From contig JBHLLO010000006.1 in NCBI GenBank assembly GCA_048885535.1, positions 1 to 64,000 of the forward strand: a stretch of DNA of 64,000 nucleotides, given 5' to 3'. The notes beneath the pieces were generated by a model, which made no database searches, was not told where the DNA came from, and worked only from the letters and a program-made list of their open reading frames with translations. Every line of letters begins with the position of its first letter. Within the stretch, counting starts at the first letter, position 1. Below are positions 61,309 through 64,000 of this stretch, piece by piece. A program made the translations under genes and the position numbers. The DNA is from Candidatus Hermodarchaeota archaeon (GTDB lineage Archaea; Asgardarchaeota; Lokiarchaeia; Sigyniarchaeales; SOKP01).

Positions 61309-61919
61309 TATCTCATTCAGCCCTTAATACTAGCAATTTTTTATTATTTGGGTACAAAAATAGTAAATCTAATTAGGCTTTTAAGTCTGATCTTATATTC
61401 ATCATATTACTTTTGATAATATTAGTTACTATATATTACATTTGCTATCATTTTTTTGAGATAGGATTAAATTTAAGGTATAAACAAAAGCTCATAAATT
61501 ATAAAAGTAATGTGCAATTAGGTAGTGAATTCTCTAACTTTTTTTAAAAATCTCCCGTATTTTAAGAATAACAATTTTTCTAGGGTACATATTTTAGTTA
61601 GAACATTATTTATTTAATATATTATGTTTTGAACAGAAATTATATTTATTTTTTTTTCAATTTTTGTAAAAAAAAATTCATAAAAAATGTTATAAAGTTC
61701 ATTTTATCTTCTAGAATCATCTTACTTAATAAGATTTCCATTAATCTCATAACAATTATCTAACAAGATCTTCTTAATTTTATGAGATAGAATTTATTAT
61801 TAAGATCAATATATTTAGAAAGCAAAAAAAAATTCATAAATAGTCGTTAAACTTTTTAAGTTACTTTGATTACATAATATTACAAAAAAAACAATTAATA
61901 ATTAAGGTTGATATAAAAG

Positions 61920-62528
61920 TTGAGTCAAAAGAAGGGTTCAAATCACTCTCAAGATGTGATTACAATCAGAATTGACCATGATTTGAGCGATAATTTAAAC
62001 AAAATAAAGGAAAGGTTGGGAATTTCGAAAGCTGACCTAATAAGGAATTATTTGGATATGTCAAAATTCATGATAAAGCAGAAAGGATCAATTAAATCAT
62101 TAAATAATCGTGACTTTATAATTGTAAAAAGAAGTTATGTAAAAAAATTGATCGAAAATATGGATGAGGATGAGCAGATAAGATTAGGAGATAAATTGGC
62201 TCGTTTTATTAATGATATTGCCCGCATAAATGGGAAAGAAGAGGATATTAAATATAAATTAGAATTTTGTGATAATTTAGGATTTTTTACAAACTTCATT
62301 GATGAAGAAAATTATCTTTTAATTACAAAAGAATTTGGGCCACAAAAGTTTGTAGAATCATTTTTATGGAGAATTTTTAATAATAAGGAAATGAATCCAA
62401 GTTATATTGAAGAAGAAATGAAAGGAAATAAAAGTTTAAGAGCAAAATATAAAAGTGAAATTCAACCAATTACCAGATCATCATCACATTATTCCTTTGA
62501 ATTTGCAAAGGTAACTGAATCAGAATAA
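61920..62528 (+). CDS. Ribbon-helix-helix (CopG) domain protein with C-terminal domain of unknown function
   Basis: VITIRID..L...L..I...LGISKADLIRNYL. Confidence 0.78.
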   Translation: MSQKKGSNHSQDVITIRIDHDLSDNLNKIKERLGISKADLIRNYLDMSKFMIKQKGSIKSLNNRDFIIVKRSYVKKLIENMDEDEQIRLGDKLARFINDIARINGKEEDIKYKLEFCDNLGFFTNFIDEENYLLITKEFGPQKFVESFLWRIFNNKEMNPSYIEEEMKGNKSLRAKYKSEIQPITRSSSHYSFEFAKVTESE

Positions 62529-62542
62529 AACGAATAATGCTA

Positions 62543-64000
62543 CTAATATTTATCTATAATTTCTTTTAAACCCAAAATTGGCACAATTGTTTTATTTGGT
62601 CTAAAGAGTAATTCATAATCTAATTCATGTAGAGCTCTCTCTATCGTAAAATAATTGATTAATGTAAAATGTAGTTTTTGTCCTTCTTCAAAAAGTTTTC
62701 CCATTAATTTATTTTCCCAACTATTAAGTAATTTTAAAAGGATTTCGAGAATTTTATGTTTTTGTGTAATTTTTGAGGCTTTTCTAAAATATGTGCTAAA
62801 CAGAAATTCTTCAGCTACTTCAAATTTATTGGGATCAATTATCTTGTCTTCAATGAAATTAAGCAATGAATTAAATTTGATATAACTTAAAGATCTTAAA
62901 AATGAACCCAAATCTTTCTCGATAGGAAATTTACCCTTTTTTTCCTTAGGAGTCAATTGAGGATCACCCTCAAAATCAATAAAGAAAAATTGGTATACTC
63001 CATTTATCTTATTATAGAGAATTTGTTGCATATGCAAATCTTGGTGCACAGGTTGAATTTCTATCTGAGGAATTTTAAATTCTGATCTAAATTTCTCGAT
63101 GATATCTTTAATATCTATTAATATTGAACTTACTTTAGGGGATTTAAAGAATGAATCTTCTGATTTTTCCTTCATTTTGGACTGAATTGCTATGATCATA
63201 GAATTTAATTTATTTGTGTACTGTTCAAGAAAAGTCTCACTATCAACTATTTCTTTATCAAATTCTTTTTGATCAGGTAGGATAAGAGATTGATGCATTT
63301 CTTTTATATGAATCCCAATTTTTTCTGAAACTTTTAGAGATTCAATACAATTTTGATTTATTATATTTGCTATAGTTTCTTTCTTTTCAAGATAATTATA
63401 ATCCGCATTAAGATCCTTGAAAACTTTATAAATCATATTATTAAGCTCGTTCCAATAAATATCTCCCACATTGCCTATATTAGGTACATTTTGGAGGATT
63501 CCTATTGTATCTTTTTCATGGAATTTCAAAGTTCCATATATTTTTGGAGCATTAGGGAATTGATTCTTGACTAAAACAAATAAAAGTTTTGGCTCAAAAC
63601 TCACGAGGAATTCCTTATAGGATTTCACTACATATGAGGTTGGATCAGAATTTGGGATATTGAGATTTTTAATGCTCAATAGAAATAATAGATTAGTTGT
63701 ATTACCTCCTCCCAATTGCTCCAGTGAAAGTTGATATCTATCTCGATATAAACTAGCTTCTATAAGATTCTGAACTTGTCTCATATTAACCTCATCTTGG
63801 AATTGTTCTATATATAAAGTTAAATCTAAAGACATGGAGGGAAAAAGTTCAGAAATCTGTTTATCAAAGAGAATTTTTTTCCAAAAAAATAGACAGTATT
63901 CAGCTTCAATTAAATTAACCGGAAAGACATTACTCTTACCCTCTTCAGGAATACTTCTAACTAACATCTTACTAAATGTCTTTTCTGTTAATCTAACTAT
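62543..64000 (-). CDS. Maltokinase (Mak/Pep2)-like kinase; 5' end probably beyond the window
   Basis: HQDLHMQQIL, FIDFEGDP, KDLGSFLRSLSY, ERALHELDYEL..RP. The frame is open upstream of ATG 63967 to the window edge (IVRLTEKTFSK). Confidence 0.85.
   Translation of the reverse strand: MVRLTEKTFSKMLVRSIPEEGKSNVFPVNLIEAEYCLFFWKKILFDKQISELFPSMSLDLTLYIEQFQDEVNMRQVQNLIEASLYRDRYQLSLEQLGGGNTTNLLFLLSIKNLNIPNSDPTSYVVKSYKEFLVSFEPKLLFVLVKNQFPNAPKIYGTLKFHEKDTIGILQNVPNIGNVGDIYWNELNNMIYKVFKDLNADYNYLEKKETIANIINQNCIESLKVSEKIGIHIKEMHQSLILPDQKEFDKEIVDSETFLEQYTNKLNSMIIAIQSKMKEKSEDSFFKSPKVSSILIDIKDIIEKFRSEFKIPQIEIQPVHQDLHMQQILYNKINGVYQFFFIDFEGDPQLTPKEKKGKFPIEKDLGSFLRSLSYIKFNSLLNFIEDKIIDPNKFEVAEEFLFSTYFRKASKITQKHKILEILLKLLNSWENKLMGKLFEEGQKLHFTLINYFTIERALHELDYELLFRPNKTIVPILGLKEIIDKY

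Noticed and set aside
4600-63574. Short antisense or overlapping ORFs in the track (e.g. 4600, 11147, 14210, 15914, 18637, 19516, 20897, 25620, 26268, 31346, 32154, 32652, 34972, 39305, 40409, 42747, 47944, 49136, 49752, 51160, 53417, 57598, 59969, 62655, 63353)
   Set aside because: They overlap well-supported genes, carry no motifs and have shadow-ORF composition.
1-64000. tRNA, rRNA, CRISPR arrays, transposases, integrases or inteins
   Set aside because: No GC-rich structured RNA segments, regularly spaced repeats or mobile-element motifs were seen; AtpA and RadA are of normal length. A covariance-model scan was not possible.
1-64000. Selenoprotein (in-frame TGA) candidates, given that Lokiarchaeia use Sec
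   Set aside because: The TGA-ending ORFs I examined appear complete, and no recognisable selenoprotein family is truncated at a TGA.

Overview
Strongly AT-rich, densely coding archaeal chromosome segment. It is most consistent with Asgard archaea (Lokiarchaeia/Promethearchaeota), inferred from RadA, EndA, the A/V-type ATPase, CdhA, three Ras-superfamily small GTPases, and V4R, roadblock-like and RING-type proteins. Contents: a hexosamine cluster (glmM, SIS protein, glmS); scattered alpha-glucan genes (GH13, two GH57 branching enzymes, NDP-sugar pyrophosphorylase, GalT-like, maltokinase); a 2-hydroxyacyl-CoA dehydratase/activator cluster interrupted by an uncharacterised cobalamin-binding enzyme plus opine dehydrogenase pair; a complete A/V-ATPase operon in the unusual order K-C-H-F-E-A-B-D-I; a stand-alone cdhA; and several eukaryotic-signature-like genes. 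No rRNA, tRNA, CRISPR array or mobile element was seen. The best candidates for undescribed biology are (1) the B12-enzyme/opine-dehydrogenase module with an abutting 35-codon upstream ORF, (2) the longin-like/Arf-like GTPase, V4R and Rab-like GTPase triplet, and (3) apparent ATA/ATT translation starts behind Shine-Dalgarno-like motifs. All family calls come from motif recognition by eye; no searches were run.
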